Positions 27,933 through 42,500 of a DNA stretch of 64,000 bases are shown piece after piece. Origin of the DNA: Phallusia mammillata (taxonomy: Eukaryota); contig OZ281500.1 of the NCBI GenBank assembly GCA_965637545.1, positions 11,966,001 to 12,030,000 of the forward strand. The letters run 5' to 3'. Made by a program: the position numbers and the translations under genes. Within the stretch, counting starts at the first letter, position 1. Each line of letters begins with the position of its first letter. The notes beneath the pieces are model-generated. The model did no database searches, had not been told where the DNA came from, and worked only from the letters and a program-made list of their open reading frames with translations.

Positions 27933-30900
27933 ATGTCCGACAAAACCCAAGAAAATCCGAGAACAAACGAAGTTTCTACCGAGAAAGTATCCCAATGTGC
28001 ATCGGGCAGTTCCATCCAGGTTCGTGCAATTTATGAGCATTGGCTAAATATATCATGAAACATTGCTCTGGTGAACCCCACCTAAATATAGATATCAAAA
28101 ACTAAAAATCAATTTGCAGAGCGAGCAATCCACCGAAATTACTGTTGTTACAACAAGACAAGATGATTCGGTGTTTGTTTTATCTACTGCGAATGCAAGT
28201 GGCCGCCAAACAACATTAACCAATGCAGGTAAAATAACCGGAACATTTTACATGATTTTAGTTCTGTAACTTTTCTGGAATAAAACTTTAAACCTAATGA
28301 TAAAAGCTGTTGAGTCTTTGTTTAACTTAAATGACATTATTTTTAACATTGATCATCATTCAGAAACATCATTCATACTAATTCAAGTTTGCACATAATA
28401 TAGATAGATTACTGAAAGAATGCACAGGTAATTTTGATCCCTGTTATCACTGCACATTACCCCAAAAATCCAAACATAAAAAAATCAAAATGTTTACATA
28501 TAAATGACCAGAAGCACGCAACATATACTTTTTTAATTGGTAGTTTACTGAAACTTTTAACAACTGTAGATATTGTGCTCATTGTTTTTGTTAAATTTTA
28601 GATAAATTGACATTACACTAATTACACTTACATCCATAGTAATTACAGTGATTACACTTACAACCCTAAAAATGTGTAAGATGCTACAAAATTTGCACTA
28701 CTAGACCTTCCACTACATGATATGTCTTCCATCCTTTTACTACTACAATTATGCTCATTTGGTTGTATTTTTTGCTAGTTTCATCAAGCTAATTAAATTT
28801 TTTTGTTTGTATTGGATCGGATGTTCTTGTTCCAGCACTCCCTCCAGGGATACAACTTCAGGTATTTTGCAATATTCTACATTTCCAGAACTGACATTAC
28901 AAAACATGTTTGTGTTGAAAAATGTTTACCTTGTCTTATCCTCAGGCAATATCAGGTCTTAAAGATGCATCTTTGGGGTACATAATCCCTGATGGTTACA
29001 AAAATGGTCCCAATGATGAGGCGGTTCAAATTGTTGAACAGACTTCTGTCCCTTCTGCTTCATCAATAAAAACCCTAATTGTTATGACACCTGTAACAAA
29101 AGGTGCAAACCTTACACAGGTAGATATTGCACACTGTAAGCTCCAGCACAAAAGAATATGTTCTGTAAAACGCTTGTTTTAAATGCTGACATGGTTTCAA
29201 ATGCTGACATGGACACATATTGTTTTTGTCCGTATTTTTTTTTTCTTTTTTCTGTCTAACGCTGGTTTGTTAAACGCATTTGGTCAAGAAAGAGTGCTTC
29301 AAATTTATTTAAATTTGGACAGATGTTAGTTATTAATCTAAATTTGATCCTCCTGAAGTTTGACCCCGAATTACCCAGCGGTTCACCCACAGGCCCCCAA
29401 AATGCAAAATTTTTAAAACATCGTTTGTTATATGCGTTTGGTCAAGAAAGAGTGCTTCAAATTTGTTTAAATTTTGTCAGATGTTAGTTATTAACCAAAA
29501 TTTGATCCTCCTAAAGTTTGATCCTGAATGACCCAGGGGTTCACCCACAGGCCCCCAAAACGTAAATTTTTTAATGCTGGTTTGTAACGCGTGTTTGGTA
29601 AAGAAAGAGTGCTTCAAATTTTTTTCAAATTTAGACATATGTTAGTTATTAATCCAAACTTGATCCTCCAGAAGTTTGACCCTGAATTACCCAGCGGTTC
29701 ACCCACAGGCCCCCGAAACGTAAATGTGTCTATCGCTCCTTTGGTCAAGAAAGACACTGTAGGCAGAAGTCCCAAGAGAGTAACTCACTGGTTTACGATA
29801 GCAGGAGGGCTCAGCTTGACGTCGGACAGACGTTTTACGAGACGTCGTTTTGGTGAACAGAAATCAGCTGTTTTGCACAGCAATGCTATTTCGTTTTATT
29901 AAGTTGTCACTCACATTTTCAGTTTTGGCAAAGGTTTCACACCTATGACGGCGTGCTATTGAAAACGGTGTCAATAGGTTTGGCGTGTGCACCCTGAGAG
30001 GTTACTACAGGTCAATGGTTTTGCGAAACAAAGTTAAATGAAAAACAATTTGTTATGTGTACACTTGTAGCAAATTGCTTTTTAATTTAAAATGTCTGTA
30101 ACACAACTGTTACAGCTTTCTAGAAAAAATTGTGTTTGAAACCCGATCTTGGACGACAGTATCTGGGTCAAAGCAAGAGATTAAATTAAAGTATTTGTTT
30201 CGTTCTTTTTTAATGTTTTTGTAATTATATGACACTAATAGTGCAAAAAGAATACGAACATTTTTGTTATTGTTGGGTTAATGCTTTCTAAAAATTTGTT
30301 TTTAAAAATCTAAAAGTCACCGCAACATTTGTAAATCCACACAAACACGCGTGTGGGGACCCATTAGTTTTTGTTTACAAAAACAATCATATATGTGGAT
30401 CAAATGATGTGTATAGTAAATTGGTAAATATCGTATAGAATATATAAAATGGAAGTATATCAGAAAGCCACCATTCTAGTTTTTTGGCATTTTTTTAAGG
30501 TTTCACCCCAAGTTCAACCTTTCCAGTTTGCTTTGTCTAAAAATTCCATTTCACCTGTTGCATCCAACAACCTAAGCCTTCCTGAAGTCCATTCCCTCAA
30601 GAAGCAAATGACATGTAAGAAAAATGTGTGGTGCTTGTTATGTAATTTCACATAGTGCATGTGATGTTTTTATTAAAAAAATCTTTCACAACTTTTTTCC
30701 GCAAGAGTGATAAATGTCAAAAATATTTTTTCGTGTTATTACAGCACCAGCAAAAGTTCCAAAAGTGCCAACTCAGCTGCCAAGACATACAGTTTTAACA
30801 ACACTGAGTAATGTTACTTCCGAACACTTGTCTCAAGCGAATTCACCACTTCCCTCTCCTTGCTTTTCATCTACTGAATCTATACCTGGTACACCAGCAA

Positions 30901-33900
30901 CTCCACTTGATAAAGACCCATTTGCTTCGAGTGATCAAATACCAGTTGTGTGCAGAAAAAACAAGGCAGTTCTGGATCGCAGGAAATTGGGCTCAGGTGG
31001 GTTTAGAAATCGCAATTTTTTCTTGGTTAACATGCCAAACTACTGGCCTTCTTTTGTAACTTTGACAACAAAAATTTGGGTCATTGCTATTGTTGTTTGA
31101 TCAGTTTGCGTGTGAAAAGCCTGTGCGGGTGACCCACTAACCCCCTAAAGTGGGTAATATTTAAAAATAATGTAAAAATTCGATAAAATGTATACAGTTT
31201 GTAGATTGTATATCCATTGTAGGAAGCTTATTGTAATTATGCCTTTTGATTTTACTCGATTTGTTTTTGTTTTTTTTCTTTTTGTTTTGTTTTTTCTTCC
31301 CCGAAGTTTACCCACCCTCTTTTGTCATAAAATGTTTGGTGGATTTGAATGAAACTTTCACAGATGGTAGATAAAGTTATGCAGATGTGCCATCTGCTTC
31401 GTTTGACTTGATAACCCCAGTATTCACCTCGCTAGCCCCAAAAATGTAATATGTTTTTGTATGTTGCTGCGCACCACAAACGAAAAATTTCTGTGGTGTA
31501 ATAGTGTAATAAAGGCAACAGAACATATGGTACTTGTGTTTGTGCATTATTGGTTGGACGTTTTTGCACATGCATGACAACAGAGGGGTGTTAACAGCCT
31601 TATGACGTCAGAAGCATTAACGAATGTTGCTTATAACACCTCTAGTGGTCAGAATTTTAAACATTGGCCGATTTGGATAAAATTTTACATGACTCTTGAT
31701 TGGTTCATTGTGGTTTCATATTTTATACTTTTGGGTGTAAAACCTCATCAGTTTCCCCCTTAACCCCCTAAAATGGGTAAGTTTTTTAAACAGTGTCTGA
31801 ATTGAATGAAATTTGGACAGCTTGTAGAGTGTGCCATTTATAGGTGTAGAATGTTGTGTTTCACCCTGTGGCCCCAACTGTTACCCCACTAGCCCTCCAA
31901 AATGGGTCAATTTTTTAAACAATGTCTGAATTGAATGAAACTTGGACAGCTTGTAGAGTGTGCCTATTTATAGTGTCGATTGTTGTGTTCAACCTTGTAG
32001 CCCTATTATTTACCCCCCTACAATTGTGTGCAATTCGCCATTAATAGGAGATCATTGTTGTGTTTAGCCCTTTTTCTCAGATGAAGAAAAACCTTCAAAA
32101 ATGTGCGAATGGAATGAAATTTGAATAGTTCGCATATTTATTTTTGAACAGTTTGCATATTTGCATCTATACAGCATATTTATTTATTCTTACTACCGAT
32201 CACTGTGTTTTACCTTTAACAACAAACTTTCTCATAGTTATCTCTTGAAATGCATTGTTTACAACTTTGCATGTGTGGGGACCCATGAGTTTCTGCTTGC
32301 AGAAACAACCAAGGTTACAAAAGACAGTGGCTGATATGGGACCCAATATAAAATATAAGTAGGAAATATATTAATGTTTCAAAATAGGTTATAATTACCC
32401 CCTTATGTGCTAAGCCATCCTTCTAGTTTTGACTTGACTTTGATCATTACAAACTTAACAGTTAATGTATTCTTCCAAGCCACATTTTATCCAAAAATAA
32501 ATAAAATCAAAAGTCTTTATAGCTATAATGCTGTTAAATCGGTTTCTGTTTTTTTATTGCAGGCCAAAGAGGAAAGTGCATTTTGTTTCAAGACAACTGG
32601 ATGACACCATCAGAGTTCGAGATTGCATGTGGTCTAAGCATGTCAAAGGATTGGAAAAGAAGTATTCGCCATGGCAGTGGACCAACAATACAGAAACTAA
32701 TCAATGAAGGATACTTACTCCCCCATTCTGCCCAATGCACATGTGCTGTTTGCAGTGATGATGATTCTGTGGTAAGTTTTACACAAATCTCAAAATAAAC
32801 TACTGTAAAAAAGAGAAAAACAAACTTACATAATAAAAGGTGAATGTCCAGTATAAAACAGGAAATAAAATCAAAAACATGCAAGTATATTGTTAAGATG
32901 TGCATTTTAATACATGCACAGATAAAGTTACTCTATTGGTTTGAGAATCCTACATACCATATAAATACCACAAATTATGATGCAAAATGTTTGATGTGTG
33001 CAAATTGCATGTAATGCATTAAAAAAGGCCGGATTGGAGAGCTGATGGACTTTCAATACAATTTCAATCATTAACATTTTTGGGTCAAACATGTTTAAAA
33101 CAACATCATTGATCATTATCAACATCATCAAATGTGTGTTTTTGTTACAGACATGTCCAGTGCGTCTGTTTCAACCTTACAAAAGAAGAAAACGCAGTGC
33201 AGCCGGAAATCTTACTCCACATTCACCAATTGCAAGCCCTGTCAGTGGAAAATATTTGTCAACATCAGAAAGCCTGGACAGCCCCCTTTCTGACCTGAGG
33301 AAATCAGCAACACCAGTTTCACACAACGCATTTTTCGGTTTGTTTTGAGACCTTGAGATTGTTTGTACATTTTTAACACATGATGTATTTTAGCATCACC
33401 CATTCCACACAAAATTAAAGCTGCAAATCTTCAACTAGAATCCGACAACCTCATTCGTTCGCTCAATGCTGAGGTGAGGAGTTAACTTAGTTTTCTGTTT
33501 ATGAACTTTCAAAAACGACTTAGGTTTTGTAAATTCGTGCGTACCTGAAACGCATTGACCCGACCTTCGCATCGTTTTAGCAAATAGAGACTTTTCTTTT
33601 AACAGACCGACTTGGTTGAACAACGTATTTGGTGGCAACTGGAAGAAACGTCGAAAGGTCTTTTGGAACAAGCACAGCGACTCAACGAAGCCGTAGTGGA
33701 AGCTAAAAGTCTCTGTGCCAGCCGACGACTTCACTTAATGCAAAAACTCGCATCCCAGCTCAACAAAGAACGAATTCACGTTGGTTCCTAATCCCATAGC
33801 CTTACAATAAAAAAGATTTAGGATTTCAAACACGTGAACAAAACATCCTGCGCGAAAATTACAAACAATGTATCAGGATGCTCTTGGTCCAGCGTTTTGT

Positions 33901-35176
33901 GGTGTATGAAATGCATGTCTGTTGTTTAAGTATGGTTACAGTGCAGAAGGTAAGGTCAATATTGCAAAATTTATCCACGCAGGTTCCACATCCTGAACCA
34001 CCCAAAACATTTTATCAAATGAAATCAGTTGCAACTAAGCAAGTCACACAGACCACAACTCTTCAACAGGGTTTGTATGTGTTGCAATAAACACTGTGTC
34101 TTTACGCAAAAACGATTGTTCGGTCATTAAATGTGGTAAAACGTGATAAGTTATAAACATCAGTGTTATGAGGTATATGGGTGAAGTGGTATACATTTGA
34201 AATAACATTGAATGCTGTACATTTTGTTCACATTCGTAGCCTGGAACAACCACCAGGCATCAAAACTGGGAGCGCCGAAAATTGTTCCTGCAGAAATTCC
34301 TGAAGTTACTCTTCAAAGAAAGGCTTCATCCTCCAATCCACAACACTGTAATACTTGCGGTGCATCAGCTATAAGTGAATGTACGGGCTGTCATAGGGCA
34401 ACCTACTGTTCGACTGTTTGCCAAGAGAAGGTACAACTTGCTTGTAAATAGGGTTAGGATTCCGGGACTAAATTGGAAAATCCCTGGAACGGGATTTCCC
34501 GGGAACTTTACTTTTAAATCTCGGGATTAAGTTGCTGAGCTAACAAGAACATTATAAGCTGTCTTTTAGCTTTAACGACACGACCGGAAGGCATTTTTGA
34601 TAAAAATATAACTATTCTTCCCAAACTGAAACGAACGTCGTTTCTTTATTATGTCTTCAGTTTACCGCGCTATTGAAGTAAACTGTATGCCACTGTTGCC
34701 ACCGGAAATTGTCTGATGTTATTGGCAACACGAAACATTTACGTTGTCGAAATACAATTTATGCGCAAACAAATTTTCACGCCCCGGTAGAAAAGATGTA
34801 GGCACCACGCATGTTTTATTTAACACAATAATACCATGCCTAGGGACGTTAGTTCATGCAAGATTTCCTTCAATTTGATAAACACATACCTCCATAATGT
34901 TATAAGCTAGGGTCCAATCCCGGGATTTCCTGCGGTTCCAACCCTACTTATGCGAGAATATTGCATTTATTCTAACATTTATGTTCCTTCTTTGACCAGT
35001 GGTTTTAAATCGGTAATTTGCAGGACTGGCTGAGTGGTCACTCTGAAATATGCCAGAAAGAAGCTTCCGGTATCGAAAGCAAAGAAAGAAGTGAGCCAGT
35101 CACACCTGTGACAATATCTAACGAACCGCATGTGTCTGTTGCAAAAATCACAGCGTCCCATTCTGCTGAAAGTTAA
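27933..35176 (+). CDS. DEAF1: DEAF-1 homolog (SAND + coiled-coil + MYND zinc finger); exons approx. 27933-28019, 28120-28228, 28836-28861, 28946-29119, 30500-30614, 30745-30996, 32563-32771, 33151-33337, 33394-33473, 33606-33779, 33983-34070, 34240-34430, 35024-35176
   Basis: SAND domain ([25 protein letters not shown]...WMTPSEFE...KDWKRSIR), [10 protein letters not shown] zinc motif, [22 protein letters not shown] coiled coil, and MYND CNTCG...[19 protein letters not shown]...H...C. The N-terminal exons are less certain. Confidence 0.9.
29205..30479 (+). mobile_element. Helentron/Helitron-like non-autonomous element (copy A) in a DEAF1 intron, with internal tandem repeats
   Basis: The 5' ACACATATTG plus T-rich tract, the GTGTGGGGACCCAT block and the CCACCATTCTAG-TTT terminus are shared with copies B and C. 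Confidence 0.55.
29281..29752 (+). repeat. ~158-bp tandem repeat, 3 copies plus a partial fourth
   Basis: Units start TGGT(C/A)AAGAAAGA at 29281, 29439, 29596 and 29742; the full units contain GGTTCACCCACAGGCCCC. Confidence 0.9.
31229..32426 (+). mobile_element. Helentron/Helitron-like non-autonomous element (copy B) in a DEAF1 intron
   Basis: Co-linear similarity to 45168-46796 (for example GCATGTGTGGGGACCCATGAGTTTCTGCTTGCAGAAACAA), internal ~129-bp repeats (31771, 31900), and a TTCTAG-TTT end. Confidence 0.7.
34449..34946. mobile_element. MITE, probably hAT-like (TAGGGTT termini)
   Basis: Begins TAGGGTTAGGA and ends TTCCAACCCTA, with subterminal CCCGGGA-like motifs at both ends. The TSD is only partial. 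Confidence 0.6.
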
Positions 35177-36537
35177 TTTTGCTTTTTGTGTCTATTGAAA
35201 ACTACCTATGTTTTCTCTCCCGGAATTTGTCATAGCGTGCACATGTTACAATATCTTTAAATCTGAGTTTTAGGCTACATGTGTGCTTTTTTGAGTCTGC
35301 GAAGTTTCAGAAGACAAAAATAGGGAAAATTAAACAAAACAACTTTTCTAGTGAGGGTTTTTGAGGTGTGTTTCCTTTAAGTGAAATATGAATATAGAAG
35401 TAGGTAGTTTGTTTAGGCTACCTTGCTGTACACTAAGGATAGGCCTAGATATAGAAAGTCGAAGTGTGCTACAAAAACACTACATTATGCAGAATGAAGG
35501 TTTTGTCGATTATTGAATCACATTTGTTTTACTATTTTTTGGGGGTAGCTGATTTCATTTTTTTTCTAAATTTTATTTTCAAAAATGCACTTGTTCGCTG
35601 AACAACCGTGATAACCCACTCCACGCAGTACCCAATGTCAGGAAGCGTAGTGGGTCGATTTTACAAAAAAAATATATTACGTTGGAGTTTTGATTGTTAT
35701 GGGGTCAAGTCTCCACCTTTGTACACTGTACATCTCAAAAAAACTTTGTTAACCCCTTGGTTAGTTACTGGCTGGTAACACGTGATTTTCCGCCATAAGT
35801 GTGACGTCATTTTAGTGCTCAAAAACCTCAAGTGGTCAAATATTAAATGATTAATAATATCGTTTAGGCTTAATATATCTCCAAAACAATGTTTTTTAAC
35901 AGCACAGTACAACTGCTAATGTTCCTTTTTTTTTTAAAATAATCGCAAGTTTGATTTGTGGGAAGCTTAGTTATGAAGAAAGGCAGGCCAACTGACAAAG
36001 GATGGTGATTGTTCTGACCTGGCATTGAAATGCTTTTGTGGGGAATCGTTGAAAGTAGTATTAAACTAAACAATTTTGCAAATATTGCACTTTATAAGTT
36101 GTTCATTGTCTTTTATTTTTGAATGAATTTTCACTGTAATCTTGTGTTTTGATGTGGATTGTTTTATCACAGTGAGTTGGCAGAGCAACAGGCAACCAAT
36201 GCAATGCGAAATAATTAAGATACAAACGTAATCGCATATAGTTCATTGCATAGTAAATTAGTAAACAGTGAAAAACATAACATTTGGCGTAACTACTGTA
36301 CAAACTTGCTTTAACTTGTGAGGTGCATGAAAGGTCGTTCACTGCAAGGGCCGTCTGTGCGTGCCGGTTGGTAAAAAGTGCATTACTATTCATCAAACCA
36401 GAAACAAGAAAATCGTTTTAAAACGACAGAACATGTTGAACAAAATATCAGCTTTGTAGCTTGGGGCTGATCTACCAAGTTATTTGTGCGGGACAAGAGT
36501 GTTAATGTGAATTGTTCACAGCAAGTTAGCTTTCAAG

Positions 36538-39500
36538 ATGGCGGAAAACTCAAACAATGTTACAACGGAAGAAGCAACGGTTATCTTCTCGGTTGACAAA
36601 ACCAAGTTACACAAACTAACGACAGGAATGAGTAAGTTTTGTCAGTAAACCGATTGTTGTGACATCCTATAAACTAATTGCTCAATAGCGTCTAAATTGC
36701 ATCGTGTAAAGTCGTTATATGCGATGGCATGCAATCAATCGAACAACGTAAGTGCAAATCTTTTTCGTTGTTAAACAATCCTTATCAAAGACATTACCAG
36801 CCGTTTCGTGCAAACGTAACTGGGTCACAGCGCCTAAAGTTTGTTTTTGCGTTTGTTTCGTTATAAAACAACCTCACCAAGTGCTGCGTTTCTGTGTTGC
36901 ATAATCGTTGGTTAATTATGTTTTTCTTCAAACAAACGCCATTCTGTAGCAGATTGGCATCACAAAGTTATTTATCTTACAAAATGATTTGGATAATTAA
37001 TGTTATCTACCTCAAATTGGGTTTGAAATCAATGTATGACCTTTTTTGTTAAAAAGCAATTGATTTAGCTTCCATCACAATTTAAGTTGGAATTTTTGTT
37101 TTCATGGCAATGTTAAACCATCCATTTTTTGCTTTTTTTGGTTGTCTTTAGTGAAAGGTGTGTGATGTGTATGGTTCTGTAAACTATACACTGCTATATG
37201 GTCTAAATTGTCCCTATGAAGTTTGTTTACCATCCATTCATAGTTTAAAGTTTACATAGTTCACCAGATCTAACCAGGCAAAGAGCTGCTTTGGTTAGAA
37301 GTTTTTGTACCTGATCTTACTTCACGTTCGATAAAGTTTTTCGAAAAATTATACTTAAAGCCCCCTAGAAATTATACTTAAAGCCCCCCAGATTTTCTTT
37401 ATCAAATACAAAAAGTCAATATGAGAGTTATTTGAAAGGTTGTCGATTCCAAATGAGTTTATCAAACTTATATTTTCAGGTTTGCTTGAAATCTTTAAGA
37501 TCATCAAAAAGAAGAATGTGGAAATAACAATGGACAAAAGTAATGAAAACAACTCGGACTCGAAAACATTATGTTTCATTTGCTTATTTAAAGAGCAGAT
37601 TCTAAAGGTAATTGCAATCAAAACTCGGTGATGTAATTTCTAAATTTTGTCCATTTATTGTCCACTTTTGCTTCAAAGTTTAGAAAGTACCTTGTAGGAG
37701 GATAATATTGACCCTTGTTTATGGACCAATATGTATCTAGTATCTCTTGAGCTGAGATAACATTCAATGTTGAAGGCAAGTTTTGTGCATTCATGGCCTG
37801 GTAACTTATCATCTCTGTGAAATTAAGTGCGCTATAGGCCGTTGTTACTGCAGTTTATGTGTGGAAGTAAACGTTTTGGAATAAAAACTTGGTCGCATGA
37901 ACGTAAAACGTTTGTTTACACGATTCGCAACATACGCAACTTGTTTAAATTTGCGACGCTCTTTGAATCTCGTCGAACCTAGGGCGCACCACGGCCCGTT
38001 GTTTCCGATACGTACGCTTGCCAAGAAACGCGTATGGCCGAAGTTACCGTCACTACACATTCCTGCATAGTCAGCGAAACTCGTTTTGGCTTTGCCTCAT
38101 GCCGACATACAGTTTAACGTTTTTTGAAGGCTTTCCGTTTCAAGTCGGCGAATCGTCTATTAACTCGTCACTTCCATCGTGTGCAACATGGACTTGTTGT
38201 AAATGTTTATTATTTAAACTTTTAACGAACAAACACCTATTTTTGGCTATGGCAGGTTAATGTCAACCTAAGTTCAGGATATCAAAACCTAATAGATTCT
38301 AACTTAAGCTCTTAATCTGGCATGAGTGTATTGTTTGATTTAGTGTTGTTTAAATAGCATCTAAAACAGTGGTTTTAAATGTACACATTTTTGATAATAT
38401 CTGCTTGGAAGTTGTAACTCAACTCAAGCTTTTCGGGTTGTTTCGAGGCTTAAGTTTTGATTAAAACTGCGAGATTTGGGCTTATATTTGTTGTAATTTT
38501 CCTCTTATGCACAGACACGCATTCACCCTGCCTAAATGTTAGTTTGTTCTGTACAGTTGTACATCCCACAGTGCTTTATGTAGATATGTCCAATCAGAAA
38601 ACTTATCCTTTAGTCGTAATTGGGGATTTCACACAGAATTGGCACGTTCTAGTTTTATATCTGCATTTTGGGGGCTAGACCCATGGGGCAACTCAGGTTA
38701 CCGTAGTTGTTATTTGCTCACTAAATTATAGCTTGGTCAAAATCTAACACAACCAAAAAAAGTTGAATTTTATCAACAGTAATTGCAAAAATGCATTAAA
38801 CTGATGGTGCATTCATAATAAGTTCTGAGGTTGTTCTGCCTGAAACAAATGAATTAAGCATTATGAAATTTGTTTGGTAACGTCGAATAAGGTCGCTGAA
38901 GTTTAATGATATTAAAATTTATGTTCTGCCAGTACACGGATCAGCTTATACTTTGTTGAATTGGAAATTGAAATTTACTTATCTAACTGGCTTTAATAAA
39001 ACTTATCTAATTAAAACTTTGTGCAATGTTTGGATTTTCTTATTAAAGCAACAGTTGATCATTTTGTTCACATGAATAACTTGCCTGTTTAGCATACTAC
39101 TTAGTATATATGTTTGGAGCACATTTGATTGCAAAGTTGACACCCATCTCTTCCTGCATTTGCACTAAGTGATATATTTTTGCTTTTTACCAGGATTTAT
39201 GGACAAAGTTGCCTGCTAACTACAAAACAACTTTAACCCCAAGAATGGAAAGCACAGTCTTCGGCAACTCTGACGAAGATAGCAATAAAAGTATGTTCAC
39301 TCAGTTTCTAACCATTGTATCAACTAATGAATTTCATTTGTTGTTAACAGTTGTTCGCACAAAACTACTACATCATGATTTTCAAGATTCATCTGTACAT
39401 TCTATTGATAATCAACAACTTGGTAATTGTACACAGCTTACTTAATTTTTCTAATGCCTGCTCTTACTGAAAAAAATGTTTGTTAGCCTACAAATGAATA

Positions 39501-42500
39501 ACTTCTGTCTAAAATACTAAAAATGTTTTTGAAATATGTTTTTTTGCAATGCCTAAAGATCGTAATCTTGTGACAATTCTTTTTATCTTTTGTTGTAGAA
39601 GCAGATTTGAGCAATGGATTTTCAGAAAGTGAGGAAAAAACTTTGCAAAATAAAATTAAGCATCTGTTTGTCAATGTGGCGGTAAGTTCTTCGATTTTAG
39701 TCAAATGCCTTATGTTTTCTAGACTTGTTCTTTGCATTCTTAATTTCAAAACAACAAGATTGTACACACAAAAATGTCGGTACACTTTGCTTTGGGTGTC
39801 AATCTATTTAGCAGGCCCAGTTATGTCTATAATGCAGAAATGAGGATAAAAATTACTGCTCCAAAGAGGTGGTGCTGCCAACATTAGAATTTTCATCACA
39901 TTTTTTACCACTTACTTTAGGCCAAGTTATATTACAGATAAGATTGATTTGATAAAGGTGCACATAATCGAATCGTTTCACAAAGTTTCTATGATGGCAG
40001 TTTCTTGTGTTCACATAATGCACCAAATGCATGAAACCAAGGTCACAGTGTTGCCGTTGTTTTTGTATTTTTGCTGTCTCCTCTTACAGTAAAAACGTAA
40101 GAGTCATGGTAACAGATGGCAGAGACTGTAAGCAACTGATTACCACTGTACGCCAGGCCCATTGAAGGTGTAACACCCATCAGGGTTGATCCCAGTTATG
40201 AATTTATGTTTATCTCAACTGATTATATAATTTAAGCTGTAATGTGACATTTATTGGTTTGTTGCAGGAAAACCTGTTGGCGTTCAACGACGATTGCAGC
40301 GATCACGTGCAAGATTGGGAACCACAGGCTGATGACGACATGCCCGTGTTTTTGGCTTCTACGAATCTATCACGTGATTACGTTGAATCTCATGAAGTAT
40401 TGTCGAAATATTGCAAGTACTCACACTCAGACAATCTTCAGGACAAAGTGGTGAGCAAAGCACTGTTGTGGGTTTCATAAAAACTGAAGCGCGCTTTACG
40501 CTGTTTGCAGCAAAACGTTGCGTGTGACCCACTTACGTTCAAGACACCCATTGTAACACCTGCATAACCTGTTTGTCGTTGCATATGCCTCTGGCTGTAA
40601 TTTGGTAAAATGCCTTTTAAATCACGAAAAATGAAAATTAAACAAAAAAGTTATCAAAAGGCCGAGAATGTAAGCCAACTGACTGACAAATGAAATGAAA
40701 AAATGACATGCATGTGTTTACATTTTAAATTATGATGCCAAGTTTAGCGTTTGAAACGTTGTGCTGATCGCTGGCTTAATAAAAGGAAAACCATGCTTGA
40801 AACAGGTTTTTGGATAGAAAATTGTGGCAAGTTGCTTCGCATAACTGCATGTTTCGTTTCCTGTCATTGCACTTCTACATGCAGTTAAATTGTAAACAAC
40901 ATTGTTTTTGTAGGTCGGGTTTAAAGTGTGCAAAAAGTGCATGGATGCAATCAGTTTTGTCAGCGAACGAACTGATGAGGACCAACTTTCCAAATCGGCA
41001 AACGCAGTTGATCTTCTGAACCACGTGATAACAATGCTGTACGTTTGCGCGAGCGAGTGTGATGAAACCGACCATGATGATGATGACGTCGACAGAAGTG
41101 ACGTAGAAAATTGCGTTGCTGACATCAACAAAAATGATGCCTCTGAATTTGTGCAAAAACAAACTGAAAAACTGGACGGAAAATTTGTGACAGTGCAAAT
41201 CGCTGCGGACACAGATGAATATGATAATGAACATGTTGTATCAGACTTACTATCATCCGTTGCTCAACAGCCAATTGAGATTGCGGTCAACGGCGGGGCA
41301 TGTGCTGAATTTGTATCTAACGGATTGCAGCACAAAAATCTTGTACACAAGGAACTCGACTTTCATACCAATGTCATGGTTTGTCCATCTGGCATCGAGA
41401 ATGGTGAAATGGATGTAGTTAATGGTACGGACAGCAAAACCATTTCGAAAAGCTCCCCGACCACTTACAAACAGATTCTTCTTCGCACCCATAAAGCACT
41501 TAAGGCTCTGCAAACAGACAACACAATAATGCCCAACGGTGGAAGTTTTCGTTGGGTGAAAAGTGTCAATGTAACTAAAGTGAAGCCTGACGACCTCAAC
41601 ACTAAAAGTCCCTCACCTATTGCAACAAACGGCGTTGTTGAGGATAAACTGCCAAACCATGTACCATCATCAAAAGAGAAGTTAAATGGACTTTCTGACA
41701 TTCCTGGTGTTAGCCCATTTGAAGACAACGTGCCAAGAGCGGCAAAGTCGAAATGCAAAGAAATAATCGACCTCTTTGTTAAAACTAACGAGCTGGCTTC
41801 AGAAGCTGCATTGTCATGTAGTCCTAGCAAGCAGGGAAAGTCCAGAACCCCTAGCAAGAAAAAATCAGACCGTAGCAAGTCTGGTTCATCGATGAAAAGA
41901 ATTGTTTGGGGTTACCTTACCTCACCCACTGAGTTTGGAAGTGCTAGGTCGCCCCCACCGCCAAGAAATAAGGGAAGAAGATCCAGATCCACCAAGTAAG
42001 TACTTCTAAAAACATTATTCTATTTCTTACTGGGAAAGACGTGCTGCTGTAAATTTGTAGTTTTAAGATAAAACTTCCCTTGTAACTTTCAGCCTTTTAA
42101 AGTATTGCTGTTTTCTTAGACTGAATTCACCAAGGAAGAAAGCTATTCCTATTCCGTACGAAACCCACTATCTATGCATCACCCGCACCATAGCCAAGAA
42201 GGGTTGGAAAGCTTACTGGTACCGTAAATGTCGATGTGCAAAATCAAGGAGATCTAGCAACCTGACTGAAACAGAAACAAGTCCTACATGTAGTTATTCT
42301 GGATCGCCAGTCCACACACCAGAAGAAATTTCTGTAAATGACTCGGCAACAGAATCAAACGACCCATTGGTAGACTTTGAACACGAGCCATCTGATGCCA
42401 AGTGTTCAAGCCCAAATGGTATTGAGGTTGTTATCACAAGCAATACAACAGCCGCTATGCACGACGAGCAGCCGGAATGTAGCGAAGTCAAATTCGGTAC

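Noticed and set aside
29281-29752. Regularly spaced repeats as a possible CRISPR array
   Set aside because: The whole ~158-bp unit repeats with no unique spacers; eukaryotic intron context and no cas genes.
35177-36537. DEAF1 and the next same-strand gene as a tunicate-style operon
   Set aside because: The 1.36-kb gap has a promoter-like CpG-rich segment, and no abutting poly(A)/trans-splice junction can be shown from sequence alone.
40268-40450. Weak resemblance of ENLLAFNDDCSDHVQDW to the LCOR/LCORL N-terminal region
   Set aside because: Too short and divergent to support by eye; needs a profile search.
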